In this document: positions 9,931 to 20,568 of the stretch, in pieces | Numbering within the stretch: the stretch's first letter is position 1 | Layout of the letters: each line of letters starts with the position of its first letter | Assembly (NCBI GenBank): GCA_039198765.1 | Contig: JBCCTF010000001.1 | Location: 1 to 56,122, forward strand | DNA from: Pseudomonadota bacterium | GTDB lineage: Bacteria > Pseudomonadota > Alphaproteobacteria > Caulobacterales > Parvularculaceae | Reading direction: 5' to 3' | Length of the DNA: 56,122 bases | Made by a program: the position numbers and the translations under genes | Notes under the pieces: generated by a model | The model's database searches: none | Told to the model about the DNA's origin: nothing | Seen by the model: the letters and a program-made list of their open reading frames with translations, nothing else

Positions 9931-10263
9931 CCCTCGCGCTGGCGGCGCTGTGACCCGCGCCGGCGCCAGCGCACGCTGGATCAGGGGCGCTGGATGTTTG
10001 TCTGTCAGGTTGGAAACACTGTGTGCTGACGGACTGGGCAGCACCGCGGCGAGATCGTCGCCAAAGGCAACATCGCCGCAACAAAGGTGCAGCACTTCAT
10101 CCTGCGGAACGCTTTGGTCCAGGGGCAGGGTGTAGGAGCCGTGCTCGCTACAGATCGTGAGCGCATGGGCCTCAGCCTTGGCGCGCACCTGCAGTTCACC
10201 GCCGGTGATCGCAATCACCAACGCTGGCAGCAGAAGCCAAAGCTTGCGGGCCCACACCATCAT
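9913..10263 (-). CDS. DUF2946-like leader/arrest peptide (CruR/CutF-like) ending in RGPP
   Basis: N-terminal hydrophobic signal, ICSEHG, HLCC, Pro/Ala-rich tail APPARGPPVWV*; 35 nt upstream of an OM transporter. Confidence 0.8.
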   Translation of the reverse strand: MMVWARKLWLLLPALVIAITGGELQVRAKAEAHALTICSEHGSYTLPLDQSVPQDEVLHLCCGDVAFGDDLAAVLPSPSAHSVSNLTDKHPAPLIQRALAPARVTAPPARGPPVWV

Positions 10264-10296
10264 AGGGCGTGTCCTAGGAGAACACGCGGCGGAACG

Positions 10297-11547
10297 CTAG
10301 GCAGCACGGCCACCCATGCCGAGGACGCCGCCGCGGGCTTTCTCTTGGCGAATGCGCATCTTATCGCGGCGGATGATGTCAGCGAAATCCTCGTCAAAGT
10401 TGATGTCGGAGAACCGCTTCCAGTCGTTGTCGCCAATGAAACGTTTGATATCGGTGATCTCCACCATGTACGGTTTCGACAGCAGCACCCGGTAATGGAC
10501 GAAGCCCAGCGTGGCAACGATCCCAGCAAGGCTCATCCCCACCGGATCGCGGGTGATGAACCCCAGCACACCGGCAAGGGCAATCGTGGCTGCAACCATC
10601 AGCCAACCGATAATCCGCATACCCACACGCCAGCGGAAAGCGCTGACGCGGTTCCGCTGCATCTCGGACTGGTAGAACTTCTCAATGTACTCAATCCGCT
10701 TCGGCTTCCACAGCGCCAGCTGGGCCCAGTATTTGGAGTCATCGATCCAGGTTTCATCATTCAGGCCAGCGTTGAGCTCCGCCTCGTTCACCGCCTTCAC
10801 GCAGTGGACGTAGCCTTGATGCAGAGAGTTGATCCGCCGCTGCACCTTCGCTTTCAGGTCGCCCGCATTGGCGTGCATCGTTGAGGCGAGCACCTGCCGG
10901 TTGGTCGACAGGTTGTAGAGCAGAATGCCGAAGCTGGCCGCGTAAAGCGCACCCACACCCAGCGCGAGATCGCGCCCGGTGCCCATCAAGAAATCAGGGA
11001 TCGCCGCAAACGTCATCGGCACGCCCTCGGGCCGCAGCTCGGGCATGAACGTCCACAGCGCGAGAGGAAGCATCAGCACCGTCAGCAGGATCAGCTGATC
11101 AATCCGACGGCGGAGAATGAACCGCCGGTAGTTCCGCTGCAGCGATAGCCGGAACGCGGTGATGTACGCGCGGATGTCCCGGTCGATCGGGAACTTCTCG
11201 TCCACCACCTCGTCATGGATATCGATGAATGACGCCCAGTTTGTCAGTTGACTGACAGCCAACGGCCGATCGTATCCCGGATAATAGGTAATCTTGTAAT
11301 CGAAGTACCGGCGCAGCTCGTCCTGGTAGGTCCGCTGTACGGCAATCGGCTCAAAAGGTTGCTCCGGCGCGAGGCCTGCGGGGTCCGGATCAAGGGTCAC
11401 ATAACCCTGCTCCTCACGGATCATCGTTTCGGCCAATTCGAGGCGCGCGCGTTTTCCTGCGCCAAGGGGCGCCTCTTGAGCATTTTCTTCTTTTGGAACT
11501 GCCTTAAGGAGTGGCCTCGTCTTTTCTTGTCGTTTCAGTGTTTTCAT
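10297..11547 (-). CDS. Hypothetical membrane protein (two TM hairpins)
   Basis: 416-aa ORF with normal codon bias from MKTLKRQEK; four hydrophobic segments; no motif recognised. Confidence 0.75.
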   Translation of the reverse strand: MKTLKRQEKTRPLLKAVPKEENAQEAPLGAGKRARLELAETMIREEQGYVTLDPDPAGLAPEQPFEPIAVQRTYQDELRRYFDYKITYYPGYDRPLAVSQLTNWASFIDIHDEVVDEKFPIDRDIRAYITAFRLSLQRNYRRFILRRRIDQLILLTVLMLPLALWTFMPELRPEGVPMTFAAIPDFLMGTGRDLALGVGALYAASFGILLYNLSTNRQVLASTMHANAGDLKAKVQRRINSLHQGYVHCVKAVNEAELNAGLNDETWIDDSKYWAQLALWKPKRIEYIEKFYQSEMQRNRVSAFRWRVGMRIIGWLMVAATIALAGVLGFITRDPVGMSLAGIVATLGFVHYRVLLSKPYMVEITDIKRFIGDNDWKRFSDINFDEDFADIIRRDKMRIRQEKARGGVLGMGGRAA

Positions 11548-11715
11548 CGTTCTAATCTTACGTCTTCTTTTCTTTGGGCAAATAGTCTCTCGTTTTGCAC
11601 TGCACAAGGGGCCTTTGATCCACCAAGGAAAATCCGAACGTGACAGGATGCAGCACTGATCATTGCGGCAGCCTCACGAGGTGGGTAGGTGCCGGTCAAC
11701 GATTTGCCAGAGTGA

Positions 11716-13232
<1,517 letters not shown>

Positions 13233-13277
13233 AGATTTGCCGCTTGACCCCCGCGCTGAGCACGGCAGGTTCGCGCG

Positions 13278-14150
13278 ATGCGCACTCTCCTCACTTCCGT
13301 CGCAGCAGCGCTCTGTTTGGCGGCATGCTCCGGGCCACAGCTCCTCAACGTCGCGACGCCTTCGCTGTCGGGCGAGTGGCAGAAGACGACGGACATCGCC
13401 TACGGCGCGCATGAGCGGCAGAAGCTCGACATCTACACCCCCACGACGCCCGGCCCGCACCCCGTGCTGATCTTCGTCCACGGCGGCTCGTGGGAGCGCG
13501 GCCAGAAAGAGGACTATCCCTGGCTCGGTCGCCGGTTCGCGTCAGAAGGCTATCTCACAGCGGTGATCAATTATCGCCTTGCGCCGACGTTCGACTACGA
13601 CGACTTCATGGCCGACACCGCGAAGGCCGTGGCCTTCATGCATACAGAGGCCCCGCGTTTCGGCGGTAACCCGGAGCATCTGTTCCTGATGGGCCACTCC
13701 GCAGGTGCCTACAACGTTGTGCAAGTCGCCCTCGCCGAGGAGTTCCTCGTTGCTGAAGACACTTCACCTCAAATCATCGACGGCGTGGTCGGCGTGGCGG
13801 GTCCCTACAGCTTCCTGCCCCTCGACAGTGACGTGACCCGCGCAGCGTTCGGCAGGGCCGATGACCTGGAAGCGACCCAGCCGATCAATCGTGTGGCGGG
13901 CGACGCTCCGCCCATGCTCCTCCTCCACGGCGTGGACGATGACGTCGTCAGCCCACGGAACTCCACCGAAATGGCGCGTCTCCTCCGCGAGGCAGGCGTG
14001 CGCGGAGAAAGCATTGCGTACACGGACATTGATCACATCGAAATCATTGTCGCCGTGGGCCTGACCGGCCGCGCACCTGTGGTCGCCGACACGACCAAGT
14101 TCCTGAACAGCCTAACCTACACAACAGCAGAGGCCACGTCCGCACCATGA
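13278..14150 (+). CDS. Alpha/beta hydrolase (esterase), lipoprotein
   Basis: LAAC lipobox, HGGSW oxyanion motif, GHSAG nucleophile, HG..DDVV, DH. Confidence 0.9.
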   Translation: MRTLLTSVAAALCLAACSGPQLLNVATPSLSGEWQKTTDIAYGAHERQKLDIYTPTTPGPHPVLIFVHGGSWERGQKEDYPWLGRRFASEGYLTAVINYRLAPTFDYDDFMADTAKAVAFMHTEAPRFGGNPEHLFLMGHSAGAYNVVQVALAEEFLVAEDTSPQIIDGVVGVAGPYSFLPLDSDVTRAAFGRADDLEATQPINRVAGDAPPMLLLHGVDDDVVSPRNSTEMARLLREAGVRGESIAYTDIDHIEIIVAVGLTGRAPVVADTTKFLNSLTYTTAEATSAP

Positions 14151-15550
14151 AGCACCTCATCCTCGCCGCATCCCTCGCTCTGAGCTCAGCTGCCGCTCAA
14201 ACCATTCCGGAGGATGTCTCAGCAACCGCGGACAAGCTCCTCCGCCAAGGAATGAAAGACCGCGTCGGCTACAATGTGACGGAGAGCTTGACGACCGAGG
14301 TGGGCCCTCGTCTCGGCGGCTCTGAAGCCGAGGCCCGCGCCCGCGTTTGGGGTGAAGCCAAACTGAAGGAACTTGGATTCACAAACATCCGTACCGAGAC
14401 GTTCACCATGCCCTATTGGGAGCGTGCCTACGAATATGCAGCGATCACCAAACCGTTTCCGCAGAAGCTCCAGATCACAGCGCTCGGCAACTCTGTTGGC
14501 ACCCCTGAAGGTGGCCTGACCGGGGAGATCGTGCGGTTCGAAACTCTTGACGACCTCATCAGTGCACCGATGGACGGCTCGCTGAAGGGCAAAATCGTCT
14601 TCGTGGACGAAGGTATGACCCGCACGCAGGACGGCTCAGGCTATGGCGTTGCCGTGCGCAAGCGTTCAGGGGCAGCGAACGAGGGCGCACGACGCGGGGC
14701 AATCGCGGCGCTTATTCGCTCTGTCGGGACGGACAGACATCGCTTTCCGCATACGGGCAATATGCGGTACAGGGACGATATTTCTCCCATTCCTACGGCG
14801 GCCCTCTCCTTCCCCGATGCGGAGCAGCTGCAGCGCGCCTTGAAACGGGGCCCGGTTACGGTCACGCTCGACATGGCCGTCCGAACGTTAGACGAAGTGA
14901 CCAGCGGCAATGTCATCGGCGAAATTCCGGGGCAGACGGACGAAATCGTCGTCATTGGCGGGCATCTCGACAGTTGGGACCTGGGCACCGGCGCGGTGGA
15001 CGACGGCGCTGGCATCGGCATTGCCACCGGTGCAGCGAAGCTGATCATGGAGCATATGGAAGAGACCGGCGAGAAGCCGCTGCGCACGATCCGTGTCGTC
15101 TACTGGGGCTCAGAAGAGGTGGGCCTGGTTGGTGCGCAGGCTTACGCCGTCGCTCATCAGGACGAGCTCCACAAGCACGTGATGGCTGCTGAGAGTGACT
15201 TTGGCGCGGGGCGCATCTGGAAGATGGACACCCGTTTTGGTGACGATAAGTTGGGCCTCCGCAATCAGATGATCCGTGTGCTGCAGCCTGCTGGTGTCGC
15301 CCTGGGTAACAACGAGGCGAGCGGTGGGCCCGACGTCACGCCCCTGCGCGCTCGCGGCGTGCCGGTGGTGACGCTTCGCCAGAACGGCTGGGACTATTTC
15401 GACCTTCACCACACCGCGGACGATACGTTCGACAAGATCGACCCGGACGATTTTGCCCAGAACGTTGCCGTATACGCTGCATTCACGTGGATGGCCGCAA
15501 ACACGCCGGGCGGGTTTCGGGCCGCCGAAACCACACTCGCCTCGGAATAA
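14147..15550 (+). CDS. M28 family peptidase (carboxypeptidase Q-like) with PA domain
   Basis: Signal peptide; GGHLDSWD, GAVDDGAG, SEEVG, ESD, HHTADD. Confidence 0.92.
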   Translation: MKHLILAASLALSSAAAQTIPEDVSATADKLLRQGMKDRVGYNVTESLTTEVGPRLGGSEAEARARVWGEAKLKELGFTNIRTETFTMPYWERAYEYAAITKPFPQKLQITALGNSVGTPEGGLTGEIVRFETLDDLISAPMDGSLKGKIVFVDEGMTRTQDGSGYGVAVRKRSGAANEGARRGAIAALIRSVGTDRHRFPHTGNMRYRDDISPIPTAALSFPDAEQLQRALKRGPVTVTLDMAVRTLDEVTSGNVIGEIPGQTDEIVVIGGHLDSWDLGTGAVDDGAGIGIATGAAKLIMEHMEETGEKPLRTIRVVYWGSEEVGLVGAQAYAVAHQDELHKHVMAAESDFGAGRIWKMDTRFGDDKLGLRNQMIRVLQPAGVALGNNEASGGPDVTPLRARGVPVVTLRQNGWDYFDLHHTADDTFDKIDPDDFAQNVAVYAAFTWMAANTPGGFRAAETTLASE

Positions 15551-15583
15551 AACTGTCACACGCCGCCGCTAGAAAGCTCAACT

Positions 15584-16762
15584 ATGAAGCTCCGTCACGC
15601 CCTGCCGCTCGCCCTCCTCACGGTCCTCGCCGGTTGCGCCAAGAAGGTGCCGTTTGAGTTCAAGATCCCCGACGCGGGGACCTCCACTGGCGTCACGGCA
15701 ATGTCCTCCGCGCAGATCAGCGAGCGAGCCGTCCTCACACGGATCGCTTTTGGCAGCTGCCTGAAGCAGCAAGACCCAATGCCCATCATTCAGACCGTGA
15801 TCCAAAGCGATCCCAATCTCATGGTTCTGCTGGGCGACAACGTGTACGGAGATGTCAAAGACACCAGCGACCCAAAGATGCCCGAGCTGGTGGCTGCGTA
15901 TAACGCGCTTGCTGAGCAGCCGGACTTCACGGCTCTGCGGCAGAATATTCCCCTACTGACGACATGGGACGATCATGATTACGGCGCAAACGACGCGGGC
16001 GGTGACTTCGTACGCAAGAAGGAAGCTGAGGCCATCTTTGAGCAAACCTGGGCTCTGACAGGCAGTGATCCTCGCCGCCAACGCCCGGGCATCTACGTGG
16101 CGAAGACCTTTGGTCCAGAAGGTCGCCGTGTACAGATGATTATGCTGGACACCCGTTACTTCCGGGATCCCCTGACCCCAACCGACGAGCGCGGCGCACC
16201 GGGTAAGGAGCGCTATGTTCCGAGCACGGATCCTTCGATCCAAATGCTCGGTGCGGAGCAAGAGGCTTGGCTGACTGAAGTCCTTCGAGAGCCCGCTGAC
16301 CTTCGGATCATGGTCAGCTCCATCCAAGTCATTGCCGAGGGGCACGGCTGGGAGGCGTGGCGCACCATGCCTGCCGCCCGCAAACGCCTTTACTCGATCA
16401 TTGAGCGGAGCGGAGCCAAGAACCTTGTGATGGTCTCCGGTGATCGTCACCTTGGTGGTCTGTATAGGGATGATCGCGCTGTGGGCTTCCCGCTTTACGA
16501 GCTCACGTCCTCATCACTGAACGCGCCGCAGAGTACGGGCCGCGCCCGCCGCGGTGACACCTATGTGGAGCCGGGGCCTAAGCGCCTTGGCGAGCCGGTC
16601 TACGATGAAAACTTTGGCCTGATCGACATCGACTGGCAGCAACGCACACTGACGATGTCGCTGGTTGAGACCGATGGCGAGACCACGCGCGAAGTGCGCA
16701 TCCCGATCGACGGAACACGCACGGTGTATCGTCAGCCTGGCAGCCGCGTTCAAGATCTCTAG
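15584..16762 (+). CDS. Alkaline phosphatase D (PhoD) family lipoprotein
   Basis: LAGC lipobox; IAFGSC, LGDNVYGD, TWDDHDYG, LDTRYFR, SGDRH. Confidence 0.9.
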   Translation: MKLRHALPLALLTVLAGCAKKVPFEFKIPDAGTSTGVTAMSSAQISERAVLTRIAFGSCLKQQDPMPIIQTVIQSDPNLMVLLGDNVYGDVKDTSDPKMPELVAAYNALAEQPDFTALRQNIPLLTTWDDHDYGANDAGGDFVRKKEAEAIFEQTWALTGSDPRRQRPGIYVAKTFGPEGRRVQMIMLDTRYFRDPLTPTDERGAPGKERYVPSTDPSIQMLGAEQEAWLTEVLREPADLRIMVSSIQVIAEGHGWEAWRTMPAARKRLYSIIERSGAKNLVMVSGDRHLGGLYRDDRAVGFPLYELTSSSLNAPQSTGRARRGDTYVEPGPKRLGEPVYDENFGLIDIDWQQRTLTMSLVETDGETTREVRIPIDGTRTVYRQPGSRVQDL

Positions 16763-16774
16763 TCGCCAGTCCGC

Positions 16775-17176
16775 CTACGGAAGGTCTGGCATGGGGCCTG
16801 CTGGCTCCCACATCTCAATGCGCACACCGTCGGGGTCAGTGAGCCACGCGAACTTTCCGTAGCTCTCCTCGACGATCTTCTCATCAACGTCGCAGCCCTC
16901 GGCCTTCAGCTTGGCGACCATTCCTTCGATGTCTTCAACCACGAAGTTGAGCATGAAAGGGTGTCCCGCCTTGCCGAGATACTCCGTGTCCTGGTCGAAG
17001 AACGAGACCAGCGCCATGTCCTGATGCTCAGGATTCTCTGGCCGCCGCCAGCGCATCTCCACGCCATCAAAGCCCTGTCCAGGGCTCAGGCCCAGATGCT
17101 TCGCATACCACTCTTTCCGCGCACTCGGGTCCGAGGCCTTGTAGAAGACCCCGCCCAAACCAACGATCCGCGCCAT
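16775..17176 (-). CDS. VOC/glyoxalase family protein
   Basis: Start MARIVGLGGVFYKA with GGAGG SD; FMLNFVVEDI, YGKFAWLTDPDGVRIEMWEP. Confidence 0.9.
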   Translation of the reverse strand: MARIVGLGGVFYKASDPSARKEWYAKHLGLSPGQGFDGVEMRWRRPENPEHQDMALVSFFDQDTEYLGKAGHPFMLNFVVEDIEGMVAKLKAEGCDVDEKIVEESYGKFAWLTDPDGVRIEMWEPAGPMPDLP

Positions 17177-17217
17177 AGCATCCTCCCGTCTCTGGAGAAG
17201 ACATAGAGCGGCACACG

Positions 17218-17246
17218 AAAAAGCCCGGCTGCTTTCGCAACCGGGC
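17218..17246 (-). terminator. Intrinsic terminator
   Basis: Minus strand GCCCGGUUGC-GAAA-GCAGCCGGGC-UUUUU. Confidence 0.85.
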
Positions 17247-17264
17247 ACAGCCGTGTTTGAGCGG

Positions 17265-17654
17265 CTAGCGGAGCCGGGTCGCCTCGAGCACCGGGATGTT
17301 CCCTTCGGTTGGCACGTAGATCACCTGCACGCCCTCACAGGAGGTCAGCGCCTCAGCAAACGCGCCGATAAACTCCTGCTCGCGGTACTCCGGGAACTCT
17401 TTCGCGGCCTGGCCGACAATTCCGATGGCTTCTGCGCGCGCAGCAGCAGCGTCTTTTTCTGCTTGCGCCTGCTCGACGAGAATTCGACGCTCCTGCTCAG
17501 CTTGACGCAGATTCGCAAGCCCCTCGCGCTCCTGACTCCATGCGCCCACCAGAGGGCGCCATAGCAGGGTCAATAGAATAAAGCCTAAGACTGCCCAAGC
17601 GAGCATTGTACCTAGAAGAAAACCAGTGAAGTTATTTTGCTGGAACACGTTCAT
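17265..17654 (-). CDS. Small single-TM coiled-coil protein ('membrane protease subunit', resembling an SPFH C-terminus)
   Basis: ATG 17654 with GGGGAG SD; TM helix, Ala/Glu coiled coil, terminal VIYVPTEGNIPVLEA. Confidence 0.75.
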   Translation of the reverse strand: MNVFQQNNFTGFLLGTMLAWAVLGFILLTLLWRPLVGAWSQEREGLANLRQAEQERRILVEQAQAEKDAAAARAEAIGIVGQAAKEFPEYREQEFIGAFAEALTSCEGVQVIYVPTEGNIPVLEATRLR

Positions 17655-17669
17655 CTCCCCATAAACAAC

Positions 17670-17702
17670 AAAAAAGCCCAGCCGCCAAGCGACTGAGCTT
17701 TC
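17670..17702 (-). terminator. Intrinsic terminator after rplS
   Basis: Minus strand AAGCUCAGUCGC-UUG-GCGGCUGGGCUU-UUUU. Confidence 0.8.
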
Positions 17703-17736
17703 TATATGGGTATTGTAACAGCTCGTTTTAAGGCTG

Positions 17737-18144
17737 CTAGGCTTTCTTTTTGGACTTGGCTTTCTTTTCAGCCGCATCGGCAAGGCGCTTGGTGTCGACC
17801 TTTTCCGCGATGCGGGCCGATTTGCCCTGGCGTCCGCGGAGGTAGTAGAGCTTCGCGCGGCGAACTTTACCGCGGCGCACCACTTCGATGGCGTCGACGA
17901 GGGGCGAGTAGATCGGGAACACCCGCTCAACGCCTTCGCCGAAGCTGATTTTCCGGACGGTGAAGCTTTCGTTCAGGCCGCCGCCGGAGCGGGCGATGCA
18001 GACACCTTCGAACGCCTGGAGACGTTCGCGCTGGCCTTCTTTCACTTTCACCTGGACCCGAACTGTGTCGCCGGGGGCGAACTCAGGCACTTCGGGTTTC
18101 AATTCTTTCGCGTGCTCGGCTTCGAGCTGCTGGATGATGTTCAT
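17737..18144 (-). CDS. rplS: 50S ribosomal protein L19
   Basis: [49 protein letters not shown]. Confidence 0.97.
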   Translation of the reverse strand: MNIIQQLEAEHAKELKPEVPEFAPGDTVRVQVKVKEGQRERLQAFEGVCIARSGGGLNESFTVRKISFGEGVERVFPIYSPLVDAIEVVRRGKVRRAKLYYLRGRQGKSARIAEKVDTKRLADAAEKKAKSKKKA

Positions 18145-18146
18145 CG

Positions 18147-18872
18147 TCAGTCCGTCTCTGTATTCGGCGGATTGGACCCCGCCCTCTTCTCCCCGGAAGG
18201 AGTGAGCAAGTCGGGTCGTCGCGCGCGCGTCAGGGTCAGGGATTGGTCCCTTCGCCACTGGTCAATTTTCTTGTGGTCGCCGGAGAGCAGCACATCTGGG
18301 ATGGACCGCCCCTCAAACTCCCGAGGCCTCGTGAATTGGGGATACTCGAGAAGACCGTTCTCGAAGCTTTCCTCGTCCCGCGAAGCGAGGGCGCCCAGTA
18401 CACCGGGGACAAGGCGAACGCAAGCTTCGATCATCGCCATCGCCGCGACCTCTCCGCCTGCCAAAACGTAGTCGCCGATGGACACTTCTTCGAGGTCCCG
18501 CGCGGCGATGACGCGCTGGTCGACGCCCTCAAACCGGCCGCAGATGAAGAGAGCGCCTGGCCCCTCGGCCAGATCGTGGGCCGTCTCCTGAGAGAACGGC
18601 TTTCCGCGAGGGCTGAGAAGCAGTTTCGGACCCGGAATGGCCTCCATCCGATCGATGGTTCGGGCCAGAACGTCGGCGCGCATGACCATGCCGGGGCCAC
18701 CGCCCGCTGGGGTATCATCCACGGTGTGATGCTTGTCCTCAGCCACGTCGCGTGGGTTCATTGTCTCCAACGACCAAAGGCCATCACGCTTGGCACGGCC
18801 GAGAACGCCCACGCCGAGCGGGCCGGGGAACGCATCGGGGTAGAGCGAGATGACGCCCGCGCGCCAGGTCAC
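18147..18872 (-). CDS. trmD: tRNA (guanine-N1)-methyltransferase
   Basis: [45 protein letters not shown]. Confidence 0.97.
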   Translation of the reverse strand: MTWRAGVISLYPDAFPGPLGVGVLGRAKRDGLWSLETMNPRDVAEDKHHTVDDTPAGGGPGMVMRADVLARTIDRMEAIPGPKLLLSPRGKPFSQETAHDLAEGPGALFICGRFEGVDQRVIAARDLEEVSIGDYVLAGGEVAAMAMIEACVRLVPGVLGALASRDEESFENGLLEYPQFTRPREFEGRSIPDVLLSGDHKKIDQWRRDQSLTLTRARRPDLLTPSGEKRAGSNPPNTETD

Positions 18873-19921
18873 CGGCTGGCCTCCACCGCAAGGCGTAGGA
18901 GAACGCGTTCAGCAATCGCCTGCGCCGGCGCGCCGGTTTTCTTGCACGCTTGTTCGGCTTCATAGATCGCCGACGCCGCCCGCTCGAGGCGGGGGAGCGG
19001 CCACTTCTTCAGCTGCGCGGTCACAGCATCCTGCTCTTTGAAGAACACCGGCGGACGGATCGCTTTCATCGCAGCGCCCGCGCCCTGACCCTGGGCCATC
19101 GCTTGAGCGGCGGGGAGCAGGCGGTTGATCCGGTTTTGGGTGAGACGCAGCAGGCTGATCACACTCGTCCCCGTCGCTTCAGCTTCAGCCATCGCCGCAG
19201 ACAGAGCTTTTGGCTGGCCGCCCAAAGCGAGCGACGAGATGGCGAAACTGTCTTCATGCGGAACATCGGCGAGACAGACCGCGACATCCTCTGGCGTGAT
19301 CTGGTCATCACCCTGCCGCTGGCTGCGTACACCTTTGTAGAGGATCAGCTTCTCCACCTCTTGGCGAAGCAAACCGCGGTCCTCGCCCAGCGCTGCGGTC
19401 AGCGCCTCCGCGGCCTCGTTGGAAAGCTCGAGGCCTTCGTCCGCACACTGACGGCGAATGGCCGCCATCGTATCGCGAAAGCCTTCAGGGTAGCAGGGAA
19501 TGGCCACCGCCTGACTCGACGCTTCGCAAGCCTTGCGAAGAGCCGACGACTTCTTGAGGTCTCCCGCCTCGACAATGACCAACGCTGCGGCCTGCAATGT
19601 GCCAGCCTCCGCCGCCTTGAGCAGCGATGTGACCGCATTGCCAGTCCCCGCACCAGCCGCACGGACGCGGACGACCCGGCGACCACCAAGAAAGCTCTGC
19701 GCGGCCGCTTCGTCCGTTAGGCGGGCGGCATCAGAGGCTTCCTGATCCGACAAGCTCGCGACACGCCATGGATCGGAGAGGTCCTCGGCCACCTGCTTCG
19801 CCAAACGCTCAGCCCGCTCATGCACAAGGCCCTGCTCAGGTCCATAAATCAGTGCACAGACCACTGATTCGACAGGGGCGCTGAGAAACCGTTCAATATC
19901 CTTGGCCTTGAGCGCTGTCAT
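18869..19921 (-). CDS. holA: DNA polymerase III delta subunit
   Basis: LIYGPEQGLV, SFLGGRRVV, QEVEKLILY, PPVFFK; follows lptE. Confidence 0.9.
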   Translation of the reverse strand: MTALKAKDIERFLSAPVESVVCALIYGPEQGLVHERAERLAKQVAEDLSDPWRVASLSDQEASDAARLTDEAAAQSFLGGRRVVRVRAAGAGTGNAVTSLLKAAEAGTLQAAALVIVEAGDLKKSSALRKACEASSQAVAIPCYPEGFRDTMAAIRRQCADEGLELSNEAAEALTAALGEDRGLLRQEVEKLILYKGVRSQRQGDDQITPEDVAVCLADVPHEDSFAISSLALGGQPKALSAAMAEAEATGTSVISLLRLTQNRINRLLPAAQAMAQGQGAGAAMKAIRPPVFFKEQDAVTAQLKKWPLPRLERAASAIYEAEQACKKTGAPAQAIAERVLLRLAVEASR

Positions 19922-20568
19922 AGGTTGGGGATCGTCACCGGGGCATCTGGATCAACCTCGGTGTCCTCTGTCTCCGCCTCCTCGGCAGCCTCTCGGGCGC
20001 GCTCTTCTTCCTTGCGCTCAAGGTTGCTCAACGGATCGCGCTGATTGTTGCCGCGGAAAATGCTGCCTTGGCTCTCCGCCGTCGGACGACCCTGGACGTA
20101 AAGCGCTGCGTCCGTTTCAATCTTCCGTACAAGGTCGATCACCGCACGCCGCTTAGCGTCCTCCTGGCCGACAAGGGTCGCATACTGACTGGGCACCACC
20201 GCATAAGAGACAACGCTCTGCAGGTTCTGGCGACGCTGCTCGCCGGTCTCTTTGTCGGCATAGGCGATATTCGCCGTGAGCTGATAATTAAACCGGCGCA
20301 CGTTACTCTCAACGGTCACCGAGATTGCGCGTGTGGTCTCTCGGAGGTTCACCGACAGAAGGTAGCGCTCATCGCCAGAGGTGCTGCGGAACGTATCACC
20401 CAGCTCGGTGCGCATGATGTCACGGGAAACTGTCGGTCCACGGACGGCCCCCAGGCGCACTTGGTTGAGCGCAGCCGTTTCCTCCGGACCGTCGCCCGTC
20501 GCGTAGAGCGGCTTGAAGCCGCAGGCCGAGACGAACAGCAGAAGGATGAGGACTGCCGTGCGGATCAT
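19918..20568 (-). CDS. lptE: LPS assembly lipoprotein LptE
   Basis: [10 protein letters not shown] lipobox; canonical leuS-lptE-holA order. Confidence 0.85.
   Translation of the reverse strand: MIRTAVLILLLFVSACGFKPLYATGDGPEETAALNQVRLGAVRGPTVSRDIMRTELGDTFRSTSGDERYLLSVNLRETTRAISVTVESNVRRFNYQLTANIAYADKETGEQRRQNLQSVVSYAVVPSQYATLVGQEDAKRRAVIDLVRKIETDAALYVQGRPTAESQGSIFRGNNQRDPLSNLERKEEERAREAAEEAETEDTEVDPDAPVTIPNL

Noticed and set aside
9878-10084. 69-aa N-terminal extension of the 8807..10084 ORF
   Set aside because: It overlaps the RGPP leader in another frame; the signal peptide and SD fit a start at 9877
17655-17930. Upstream extension of the 221-aa ORF 17265..17930
   Set aside because: It overlaps rplS out of frame and crosses a terminator; the SD supports a start at 17654
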